Below, piece after piece: positions 48,128 through 59,845 of a stretch of DNA of 64,000 nucleotides; within the stretch, counting starts at the first letter, position 1; the number at the start of each line of letters is the position of its first letter. The stretch spans positions 6,634,001 to 6,698,000 of the forward strand of contig CM060732.1 in NCBI GenBank assembly GCA_030704615.1, written 5' to 3'. The notes under the pieces were generated by a model that saw only the letters and a list, made by a program, of their open reading frames with translations, had not been told where the DNA came from and made no database searches. Both the position numbers and the translations under genes were made by a program. The stretch is from Takakia lepidozioides (Eukaryota; Plantae; Bryophyta).

Positions 48128-51042
48128 ATGAGTGATGAAAGAGAACCTAGACTTCACAAATATTCAGCAAAAAGAGAGAGTTATTTGAAAGCTAATTATC
48201 CATATCTTTGGGAGAGAGGAATAGACATAGGAGAATCATCTGGACCTCTCACACCATTAAGGTCGAAGAGTACATCACCCATACCGGAGGAACCAGAGTT
48301 GGATGCCACTCCTTCTTATCTTATTCACAAGAAAGATTAAAGTATTTGGTACAGGAAGAGGATTAGCCACGAGGAGAGAGATCTGAGGTACATCCCTGGA
48401 TAAAAAATTTGACAGAAATCTTTGATAAGAGTTGGCATGGAACACCAAAAGCAGGAACTCCAGTTTCTGAAGCAGAAGACAAAGAAGGAGAGGAAGATGT
48501 GGCAGAGCCAACGGAGAGTTCAGACTCTCCAACATCATTGCAATTGAGTTACATGAGTGAAGAAGAGGAAAACCAAGAGAAGAACTTGGAAGATGAAAAC
48601 AGAGAGAAGAATTTGGAAGATGAAGAGTATGAGGAAGTAGACCCAACAGTTGAGGTTGAGACTACAACCAGGACATCCCAACCTGTTGGACCTGGATCAA
48701 GTGGAGCACTTGGATCACAGGGCAACGAAGGTGTCGGCTCAGGGGGATCAGGCGGGCAGCTTGGATCTGGCTCTGGGGGGACAGGGAGTGTGGGAAGTAG
48801 TGCAACTCAAGCTAGGGATACTGAGAATACAGTGGGGCCGGTAGCAGGGAGTGCTCAGGGGCCAGCATCTGGTGGAAGATCCACCACTACAACAACAGGT
48901 CCTCAAGGACCAGCACTTGTCAGTGGGCAGGGTGTAGGGCCACAGATGGCGGTACCTCCAACACGGGCAAAACCACCTTTTCCAATATACGCAGGGAAAG
49001 GGGATCCTGATGTACACATTAGCCAATTTGAGCACATGTGTATTGTGAACAATGAGAATGGCGATGGTGCCAAGATGAGACTGTTTCCTTGTTCACTTAT
49101 CAAGAAAGCAAGTGAATGGTATGCAAGATTTCCGGATAATCATTTCCTAACCTGGAATGGCCTTAGTACGGCATTCCGGAACAGGTTCAGGACAAGCAAA
49201 ACCGAGGATGAAGTGTATGGAAGTTTACAACAGTTAAGGCAAAAGAAGCATGAAACTGTTGAGGAGTACATGGAAAAGATGGAGTTAACGATGAAAAAGT
49301 TGGCTGCTGTACCAGCGCCAGGGTTACAGAAGACCTGGTTTGTGAGTGGACTAAGACCAGAGATAAAAGGGATGATGAGGACTCTGAGGATGAGTCAGAT
49401 GAGGAAGAAGAGCAAGAGCTCAAAAGGAAGAGTAAGAAAAGGAGAAGTTGAAGAGGGAAAACTATGAGAAAAGACTGGAGGAGATCTTGAAGAAGTATGC
49501 CACAGAGGCTGCAACACATTGGAGGAAAGGTGTTTGGTGTGCAAAATGCCAGAATGAAGGCCATACCACAGCTGAATGCCACATAAAGGAGAAACACTGT
49601 ACTATCTGTAAAATGGATAACCATTCTATAGAGAATTATAAGTACAACAGAAGGACAGCTGCAAGAGAACCTAGGCAAGTAAGGGTGCATCAAGTGCAGC
49701 CCCAGCCAAGAAGGAACAATGATTAGGACCACTGGAAGGCCTGGTGGTTATAACAATGGTATGGCAGAGAGAGGTAGTCCAAGAGGGAATTACCAAGGCA
49801 ATCCCAGAGGCAACTATCAGGGTAATCCAAGGGGGAATTACTAGCCAGGGAATCAGGATTATAGAAATAATCCCAGAGCAGATCGAGGGCGAGGACCCAA
49901 TGGTGAAGAACTGTGTTACTATTGTAATCAGGCAGGACATTGTAAAGCAGCCTGTCCATTCTGGATCAGACACCAGAATGAGATGAGAGCTCCTGTGAAT
50001 GAGGGCCCACTGGTGGCAGCTCACATGGTTAGGCCATGTTTTGTACGAGAAGTAAGTACAATGATAGTAACCAGAAGCAAAGCTAAACTAACACCTCCAG
50101 TGGATGAGGAAGAAGATGGTAATGAGGATGACAGTGACGTGCCTGAAGATGATGAGGCTTGGAGGAATGAGAAGGAACTACACAGGGAAGTGGCTGACAC
50201 CATAAGGAAAGAGAAGAATACTGATATCCCTATGGCAGATACTTCTGACTCTGATGGAGAAGATGGAGAGGGTGAAAATGAAGTGAAGAAAGAGGCTGCA
50301 CAAGTGCGGGGTAATGAAGGGAATTTGGCTGAAGTAATATGCCAGACCAAAGCTGAAATTACCATTGGACAACTATTGGCTGTGGCACCTCATTGTAGGC
50401 ATAGGCTGTATCAAGCGATTAATCAGATTGCTCATGTGACAGAGAACACAGACTTGAACAGCAAGGTGACAAGCTATAATGTGAAGCCAGAAGGGCGAAA
50501 AACAGTCATGGACTTTAATGATTCTATGCTAGTAATCCAATTGAGAATTGGAAGCACAGACTTGACTGATGTATTGATAGATGGAGGCTCGGGGGTGAAT
50601 ATCATGACAGACCAATTAAGGCAGAAGCTTGGTCTGAGTAGTATGAAACCAGCCCCATTCACAGTAACAATGGAAGATCAAAGGAGTGTACAACCTTTAG
50701 GCTTGATAAGGGGAGTTAAGATACAGATTCAGAAGATGATCTTTAAGATCACAGTGACTGTGTTGAAAATGGATGATGTTATGGAAGCTTACTCCTTATT
50801 ACTCGGTCGACCATTTCTGAAACAGGCCAGGGTATTCCATGACTGGAATTCCCAGTTACTGACTGTACATGATGGGAAGCACAAGATACAGGTCACCACT
50901 AAGAAATCTAGTAGGCTACCTGCTACCAGAAGACCTTGTGGAGTCAGAGAGTATGACTGAAGGGGAGGACTTGATGAGAAGCATGAAGCTACCATGTTTG
51001 CTGCGCACCCAGAGTGGGAACAAGTTGCAGAAATGCAACTGG
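48128..51042 (+). pseudogene. gag: Gag and protease of copy 2
   Basis: Near-identical to 12145-14850; VLIDGGSG; frameshifts. Confidence 0.9.
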
Positions 51043-51043
51043 G

Positions 51044-51725
51044 TCACAAGATTTGGCTGTCCCCTGGAATTTATTAGTGACCAGGGAAGTCACTTCATTA
51101 ATGAGACTATAGAACTATTGACTAAAGAGTTCATGATTGTGCACAAGAAGAGTACAACCTATTACCCACAGGGTAATGGGAAGGCAGAAGCCACCAACAA
51201 AATACTATGTACTATTTTGGCTAAGATAGTCAATGCAAACAGAACAGATTGGGATACAAAGCTGCTGACAACTTTGTGGTCATACAAGACTTCATATAAA
51301 GTCACCACTAAGTATACACCATTCCAATTAGTTTTTGGTATGGAAGCTTTACTTCCAGTGGAGTTCTTGTTACCTACCATGAGAACTGAATGGGGAAGGA
51401 GAATGGAATTGGAAGATTCAATTAAAGTCAGGAAACATGAATTATATCATGTGGAAGAAGTACGTGCGGATGCAGCAGATAACATGACCAGAATTCAGAT
51501 GAAGAGGAAGGATCAATTTGATGAAGATAAACTGAAAACTTTTAAGACGGGTGATTTGGTTCTGTGGTGCAGAAGAAGGGAAAGATGAAAGCTTATAAGC
51601 TTAAGTCACCATGGAAATGACCTTATGTCATACAGAAGATGTATGATAACAACACAGCCATGTTACAAACCATTAATAATGAGATGCTGGGAAAAGTCAA
51701 TGCCAATAAGTTGAAGGGATACAGT
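51044..51725 (+). pseudogene. Integrase C-terminal half of copy 2
   Basis: TRFGCPLEFISDQGSHF...YYPQGNGKAE. Confidence 0.88.
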
Positions 51726-52169
51726 GGTATCCAGTGGTATCCATGACAAACCATTGCAGCATGATTTGCATATTGAAACACAGAAACAGTCATGGGCTGC
51801 ACCGGTGATACCAACGGAGCATGAAGCACTTGTCGTAAAGCCGAATGTGTATGGCTTGAGCGGAGAACACGGGTGTTCGCACAGCTATCACAGCCCATCA
51901 CAGTATCACACAGTCTATCACAGTCCATCACAGTCCATCACAGCATCACACAGCCTATCACAGTTTACCACAGTTTGACACAGCCTATGCAAGTTGCACA
52001 GTCCATAGAGTCAGTGACAGGTGGACGCGGGTTAACGTCAGAAAGGTGGCCGGCAAATGAAAGGACAGCTTGGAAGTCAAACTCGGAGAATGTGCCACGC
52101 GGACAGGGGAAGACGGGGGCATGTTTAAAAGCGAACACGTGGCCACTAGGGCGAAGCACACCGTGGTGC

Positions 52170-54456
52170 ATATATTGTAAAAGTGGGTGTCATCATGTAA
52201 GAGGACAAACTGGGCCGTCAAAGTACCTACCCATTACATCAACCAAAACTATTTGTGGGCCCATTAATGCATTCAGGGCAAAGGTAACGGAATCCTTTAC
52301 ATGTACAGGAAAGGGGGACCTTTGCCACATATGCTGTCCTAGTGGACATTTCAGGTGGGAATGTCCACTGAGGGGGGTAAAATTAAGAAGTTACCCAAGG
52401 AGGCAACAGCCAATCAGGAGCGAGAATTTCATGCAGGTGGTTCCCTCCAAGAAACAAGAACAAGAAATTAGAAGAGTTATGAGCGGAAGAGTCGGGGTGG
52501 CTCCAAATAACCAGCGTCTCGACAGGAGGGGTAATCAAAGCTATAGCTTTGTATCTATGGCGGATATTACAGACTATACATTAGCCTTACTTCTCACGCA
52601 GTGGCGCAAGGACGGACGGGTTGAAAGGACATTCTCTCTCACCCACTATCTGCAAGCCCCACAGGCTTACACGCACTTACCCGTTCCTTTCTGTGCCAAC
52701 CATACCTTTATGCTCTACGCCCTACAAGCTTTCCTACAACTGTTTCAAACAAGGCCTTCTTGTTTGTCTGGGATGAAGAGAGTTAGGGGAATGGAGGATG
52801 TCAGGGTGAAGAGCACCACGATTCTGCAGAAGCAAACAATTGCTACACCACAGGCAGTGCAGCTGCTAAAGGAGTTGCGATTGGAAGGGCTGCTATGCAA
52901 GGACTGGTCTTTGCATCATCGGAAGTATATGATTCAATTCATTCAGAACTTTGAGCCTAGGACAGGAGTTACACAGGTGAGGGGAGTAGATATAGAGATT
53001 ATTCCCCAGTACTTGCAGCAACTTTTTGAATTGCCAACTGGGCATGTGAATGTGGATGAACACAAGGCAAGATTGCAAATGGTCAATTTGTTCCAAGAAA
53101 CGAGTTTCTTTAAAACTTAAGGATACACCTGCACCAAGGCTGAGTACCCAGGGCTAAGAGAAGTTGGCCAAATATTGAATGTTCTGTTTGCCATGAAACA
53201 GAACCAACAGTACTTGAGCAGATCATTCACTGAGGAGATACTGAAAGCCTTGAGGGGAGAGGATGTAGCTTGGGCGGAGTTGATGTACAATGGTCTGGTG
53301 GAAGAGATGAAGCGGTTATAGGGCACTGTAGCTAAGTCTCCGATCATAGTGTCTGGCCCAATAATTGCGCAAATTATCCTTGAATCTTGCATACTTGATG
53401 CACGAGAACGTAAGGAGATGGGAGTCAACCACCGCAATTGAGGAACAGGGCTCTTCACATGGTGAAGGTGGATTGGAGGGGCAGCACCAGTCTAAGAGGC
53501 AGAAGCAGGATACGACTGCGGCAGATCCACTAGCTTCAAGGAAATCACAAGATGATGTTTCCATAGTTCTTGTACAGGATGGGGAACAGCAGCACAGAGG
53601 GCTGTTTTACTGGAAGCACGGCCTGTGGAGAGGGATGAAGAAGTTACCCCAGTACCACAGCCGCCACAGTCAGTTGACTCAATTGTTCCGGGGGTCACTC
53701 AGATAATACATGTTGTTACACTAGAGCCTATTACTCTCGAAGGAGAAGGGCTGGACATTCCCACTACAGAGCAGGTAGTGGTAGAAATTGAGAAGGGGGA
53801 CCTTCTCTATGAAAACTCTGGCTTGGGCAGGGAACCAGTGGTGCCAAAGATGCCGAGTTTGACCGAGGAAATTCCTGCTGTGCATGTGATGCTCAAACCT
53901 GTGGAGGAGGTTCCAAAGGTAGACGGTGGGGGCAATTGTTCCAGAGGTAGAAGGTAGGGGCACTGCAGCACCTGTGGAGAATGAGGTCGTTCAGGACAAA
54001 GATCTTGTCGGAACATGGACTGAATGGTTGGTGAAACATCACACTGTGGAGAATCAGGGTGACCACCAAGAGGGTTCCCATGAAGATCCACAACAGGCCA
54101 TGCTTATGAGTTCCATAAGCAGAACACTCAATTTGTTGGGCACATATGTGAAATCTCATGTTCCATCTACACAATTGGCAGCTTTGAGAGAGGAACTCAA
54201 GCATGAGTTTGAGGCTAGAATTGCCACTGAGTGTGCAAACAAGGTGGATGTGGAGGCCAACCTCAAGTTGCAGAAAGAATTGGAGGACACCAAGGCTGCC
54301 CTCCAGCTAGCAAAGGGGAATCTGATTGAAGCGGGTCTGGAGCAGGGGAAGTTGCATGAAGCACATAAGCAGCAGCTATACCAGTTGCAGGTGAAGCATG
54401 AGGGCAAATTGCAGGAAGTGACGGTGCTTCATACAGAGTTGGAGACAGTTCATCAG
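52170..54456 (+). pseudogene. Extra ORF of copy 2 (5' part)
   Basis: CHICCPSGHFRWEC knuckle; homologous to 6550-8860. Confidence 0.75.
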
Positions 54457-56100
54457 CCTTACTGCAACAACATTGTTTGCAACCGCTCATGATGCCGCTC
54501 TTGGCATCACCTTGAGCAAGGGTTCACCTTGAACCCCTTTTTGACTAGGAAGATAACCTTGAACCAACCATGCGCCCCAATCACTACAATTGGGTCCGTC
54601 TTGGAATGCTGGCCTGCAGTACGGGAACACGCCAAAGCCGCACTATGACTTCGTCCCAAGGCTACACGATTATAGTACGTGAACGAAAGCACATAGCTTC
54701 CGCGTTAGCCCGCACTACAAGGCAACCCCCTCGGTAGCGTAGTTATAGTACGCGCACGCGTCAAGTGCGCACTAGCACGTGAACTCCCAAAGAAGGCGCA
54801 AGTTTCTTTGCCCCTTGGATGGGAGTCACCCGATTTCGGCACTACGCAAACACACGATTAATCCAATTTACCTCTCCCACTTTTGTAAGCTAGCATGCAT
54901 TCTATACACTAGCCAACCATACCATGCATCACCATTCCAAACAAAATAGGACGCACAACATTTGGAAACCATTTCGTTTATAACAAAATTTGTACAACAC
55001 AAGTTTTTGCAATCGGATTCCTGAGCTAGCTAAGCCGGGCTAAGCATGCATTTCCTCCCCCACGATCTAAGGTTGATGTCCCCATCAATGCTGCTTCCGC
55101 TTTTGAGGTCGCCCTTCGAAGGCTATAACCGCCTCGGATGCGTTTCCCATTTCTGAAGAACGCACCCAAGATGCCTCTACACGATGATAGCCCTTCCACT
55201 TCACAAGATACTCCGTTTCTCGATTCTTGAACTCCTCGACTTAAGCACTGCCTCCACCTCGTACTCAGGTTCATTTTCATGATCCAACAGCACAGGTGGC
55301 GGACGCAACACTTGATGCCGATTCAGGCGCGCTTCATCTTTGAAGTAAGGCTTCAAAAGGGAGACGTGGAATACCGGATGCACCTTGTTGTTTTCCGGTA
55401 GCTCCAATTCATATACATCCTCATTCATAACCTTCCGGATGCGAAAGGGTCCCGCATACGGAGGTACGAACTTCGGACTCACTTCCGGAAGTAGTCGGAA
55501 ATTCTTGATGTTCAACCAGACCTCCGTGCCTGCCTCAAACTTAACTTCCCTTTGCTTCCGATTCGCCTGCCATTCATACCGTTTCCTAGCTTTGGCAATG
55601 TTGTACTTTGCGAGCTTCAACAAATGCTCACGTTCTTCCAGCACCGCTACTGCTGCCGGTTCCTCAACGTCTTGGGCGACCCAACTTGTCGGCACCAGAG
55701 GTGCTTTTCCATAGACCAATACGAAAAGGGAAACTCCCGTTGCGGAGTGTTTTGTGTTCTTATAACAGAACTCTACCGCATCCAAGTGCTCCACCCAGTC
55801 TAATTGGTCTGCCGACACGTAATTCCGCAAGATCTGCTTCACCACGGAATTCACCCTTTCCGTTTGGCCATCCGTCGTAGGTCGGAAGGCGGTGCTCATC
55901 TTGAGCCTTGTCCCCATTTTCTTCCAAAGTGCCCTCCAAAATTTACTTGTAAACTTTGGATCGCGGTCCGAGACAATATCGTTCGGGAGTCCATGATGCT
56001 TGAAGACGTGGACGAATTAAAGTTGTCCCATCTCCTGCGTCGTTGCCGTCTCCTTGGTGGGGATGAAATGGCCCATTTTACTGAACCTATCCACCACCAC
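54457..56100 (-). mobile_element. Chromovirus 3' fragment: integrase core, chromodomain, PPT and partial LTR
   Basis: VVVDRFSKMGHF, IVSDRDPKFTS.FW, TDGQTERVN, GPF, HPVFHVSLLK, chromodomain YEVEAVL...EYLVKWKGY....SW; PPT GGGGGAGGAAA at 55051-55061. Confidence 0.9.
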
Positions 56101-56190
56101 GGGGAATGCTTGCGCGTGAGCCTGGCCGCGTGAGCCTGTGAGCCTGTGAGCCTGGCTAGGCTCACGCCACGTCAGCAAGCCTCCACGTGT
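56101..56190. repeat. Left terminus of an A-type Mutator-like element
   Basis: GGGGAATGCTTGCGCGTGAGCCTGGC with repeated GTGAGCC, preceded by CACCACCAC. Confidence 0.75.
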
Positions 56191-58399
56191 TCAGGCCGTA
56201 ATTCCGTGCTTACCCCCCCTATTACCGCGGATCAGCTGTCGCCTATGTCCTAATTTTTTATCCCTCTTCAAGGCCCCCACATGAATATTCTTTGTGGCCG
56301 AGAACAATGGCAGGTTCGTGGAGGATCGTTCCTTGGCCTTGAAATAGGCCAAGAAGAGTGCACTGGGAGGAGCTTGAGAGGCTCCACCCTTGGCTGAGAC
56401 TTGGAGGAAGTCAGCCGAACTAGCTAATGGAGAGTTGAGTCAAGTGGGGGTTTGGGTCCTTGCCATGGGACCACGGTACGGAAACAAACTCCTTGATGTG
56501 GGACGCCACAACTTGGATGTTCGTTTCTACAAAATGAACAAGTCGATGAGGACATCGACTCCCTGTTGGTAGGGGTGTGTGTCGCGGCCCTTCGCCTCGA
56601 GGGCAGGGGGTCGGGACACAAGAGGGGCTGCCCCTGTGGTGGGGGCAGTGGCAACAATAGATATGGCGGCTGAAGCACCCCTTGAGTGCCCAAGGCATTC
56701 AAGGAGGCGGAGGCGCTCACTAGGTGGAGCCCCGCACACCGGGTTGCGGTGGGGGTGGTTCCACGAGGGGTGGTGGTAGCTTAGTGGGACACAGTGGGGG
56801 TGGCATAGGACTCACCATGGGGGCGGAGACCTCGTGGTGGGAGTCGTGGGGAGTCTTGGGACTCATCACGGTCCAATGGGGCCGTGGTGGGTGGGCCAAG
56901 ACTCACCACGACTCATCACCGGGAATCGAGGGTTTTTGTGGTGTTCGCCATAAAAGGATGGTGTTGTTTGTGAAACCCCCACGGACAGTCACAGAAGTAT
57001 ATATAGGGAGTAGTAACCCCGAGAACGGTGCAAGCCCGTTGGTGACCAAAAACTAGTGAGTAAGCGTGCGAGCCGGAAATCGACCAAGGTGTGGGGAGCT
57101 GTTCCGGACTGCCAACATCCAAAGGGAATTTCCACTAGGCCCAAATTGAGAGAGGGTCTTGTGGAGGAGTGAAGGGGGACCGTTATGTCCCGGTGAGCAG
57201 CCGAAGCTCCGAGTTGGTCCGGCGGCCAGTTTGGGAGTTAGGCGCACGCATCAAAGCGAGTAACTATGACTTGAAGGGGAGCTTACCGAAGTGAGGTGCG
57301 CGACAGAGCGTGCAAGCACCTTCCCCATGGACAGAGGGAATTGACAGAGGTGGCATTCCAGTGGGTCTGATTGCAAGACTGAGTGCCAGACCCTCGCAGC
57401 CAAAAGTCAACATTCAACAAAATGCAACATTGCACAAAAAGTGGAACTTTGGTTCAAAGGAGACAATTTTTATTAATAATGAACTGTGACAAGTATGCAT
57501 GCCCTCACAAGCCGAGGGAAGCCAAAAGTATGCATGCCATCCATGCTCAGGTAAGTTGGGAATTTGCTCCCGTGTTGCACTGTTCTCACTGGAACCTCGA
57601 TTGGCCTCTCAACAAGCTCATGACTGACAGGGTGTCGGTAGGTGAAGACAATGGATGCAACCCACTCTCCTTTGGTGTAGTGGACAACGGTGTCATGTCC
57701 TCCGATATATGCACCATCGTAAATTGAGATCTTTGCTATGGAGACTCTGTGTCCATAGGACTCATCCTCGTAGCTTATGAGAATGTCCCCATACACTGTT
57801 TGCAATGGAATCCTCTCTGGCATGTACGTACACCCGATGCAATCCTCGTAGGCCCACTGGAAGCACCTCCAATGATACAGGAAGGCCGTGCGGCTTTTGG
57901 GGATGTTCCATGCAGGCGGATACTGCAGATCAACGATTCGCAGGCACCAAAGCCGTGCAAGCCCGTCTGATCGTGGAAGCCAGGAAGGTACTCAAGAGCG
58001 GACATGTGGACCCTCCTCTGCTGAGAGTGGTCTATCCAATCCTACAGGTATATGAAAATATCCCCTGACTTGAGCGAGAAGTCCCACGGGGCGAGATGCT
58101 TGTTTGGGCAGTTGCTGGGATCCCGACACACCATCGCCGACTATTGAAAGGGCTGCCAGGAAGCAGAGAGGGTGCGCAGGGAAGTGGGAGTGTGGGAGGA
58201 GATGAAGTGAGAGGAGCTCGGAGCGAGGAAGTGCTGTTGCTGTCTCGGTTGGAAACGCGTGGGTGATGAGCAAAGGTCGGGCAAGTGGCAAAGAAAAAGC
58301 GCAGCATTTAATATACCCGTACCCAGGAATAAGGTGCAACATTTACTTGGACATGAAGTCCAATCGGAGGGTGACGGCCCACGTGGCTGCCAGAGATCA

Positions 58400-59180
58400 T
58401 CCCCCGGATGGAAAAACGGCGCCGAATTTCCTTCCGGGGGCGCTCGGATGAAGTCGTCTCGGGGGGGAGAGGCCGACACCTAGCTGACAGAGAACATCCC
58501 ACGGATGGAAAAACGGCGCCGAATTTCCATCCGAGGGCGCTCGATGAAGTCGTCTCGGGGGGAGAGGCCGACACCTGGAACATCCCACGGATGGAAAAAC
58601 GACGCCGAATTTCCATCCGAGGGCGCTCGGATGAAGTCGTCTCGGGGGGAGAGGCCGACACCTGGCTGACAGAGAACATCCCACGGATGGAAAAACGACG
58701 CCGAATTTCCATCCGAGGGCGCTCGGATGAAGTCGTCTCGGGGGGAGAGGCCGACACCTGGTTGACAGAGAATATCCCACGGATGGAAAAACACGCCGAA
58801 TTTCCATCCGAGGGCACTCGGATGAAGTCGTCTCGGGGGGGAGAGGCCGACACCTGGCTGACAGAGAACATCCCATGGATGGAAAAACGGCGTCGAATTT
58901 CCATCCGCGGACGCCCGTATCGAGCCGTCATCAACCATTTTCAGTCGTAGCATTACCTTTTTCGCGTTTTTTGGTCTAATCCGACCCTCAACTTAGAGTT
59001 TTCTCCCTGCGGGCCACTTTTTTGGCATGATATCCCTACAAATGTCGTCCGCTGGATGGAAATTCGGCGCCGGTTTTCCATCCAGCAGATTGTGGATGAT
59101 GCCATCTCGGGCGGAGCGAGGGCCAGGTGGCGCTCCGACTTCATCCGCTGGATGGAAATTCGGCGCCGTTTTTCAATCCA
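58400..59180. repeat. Element-C array: ~96-bp tandem repeat (~5.5 copies) plus two inverted copies, each with GGAAAWWCGG-CG-CCGAATTTCC
   Basis: Unit starts near 58404, 58501, 58587, 58683, 58779, 58875; inverted copies at 59058 and 59154. Confidence 0.93.
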
Positions 59181-59845
59181 CCGGGCTGTCGATGAAGTCC
59201 TGGGTGGAAGTTGGGACAGATGGCGGCGGGGGCGAGCTCCATACCTATGTCATTGAAGAGCGCCGGCCCACATTAATTGTCCGCCGCCGTCGGTTTTGAA
59301 CCGGACAATCCGCACAGATTCCGCGCTCGCCTGGGAACCCTGATGTGACGGGTGGATGAAGTTCCATTCGAGGCCTGTATCCACGCATTCTGCGGGAGAT
59401 TTTTCTGTTACTCGGACTTATGCCGTGTGGAGAAGGGCGTGGCTCTTCTGAGAGAAACCCCACATCCAGACCGCGGCGCAAACTCAAACCTTTGTACTAC
59501 GGGCCGCGTCCAGCGTCTCGCATGGCCAAACTGAAGCTCCAATAGGAGATCCCCTTGCCTTGCTCATAGCCTGCGCCAACTGAAGCCGAGCACTCTCAGG
59601 CGAGCCCCTGCTTCTTCCGCTTTATATAGCATGTGCGGTCGTCTTCTTCGCTTTGTTTTGTTTGTTTTGGCATCCTTCTGCATGTGCTTCTGCATGTGAT
59701 TGGTAGCCATTTCTTGGTTTTGTTTTCATGGTTGTTCCATGCCACTCCCTACTCTGCTTCTCACAATTGTGGCTCGTTTGTTGCTTCCATTTCATTGCGA
59801 TTGTGGCGCTCATGTTGGGGATGACAGAGTGAAGACGAGCGCGAC

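Larger units (their letters stand above)
46515..54456 (+). mobile_element. Ty3/gypsy LTR retrotransposon copy 2 (RT and RNase H deleted, 3' end lost), inserted in the CACTA transposase
   Basis: 5' LTR, PBS, gag-PR, integrase remnant and extra ORF, all homologous to copy 1. Confidence 0.9.
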
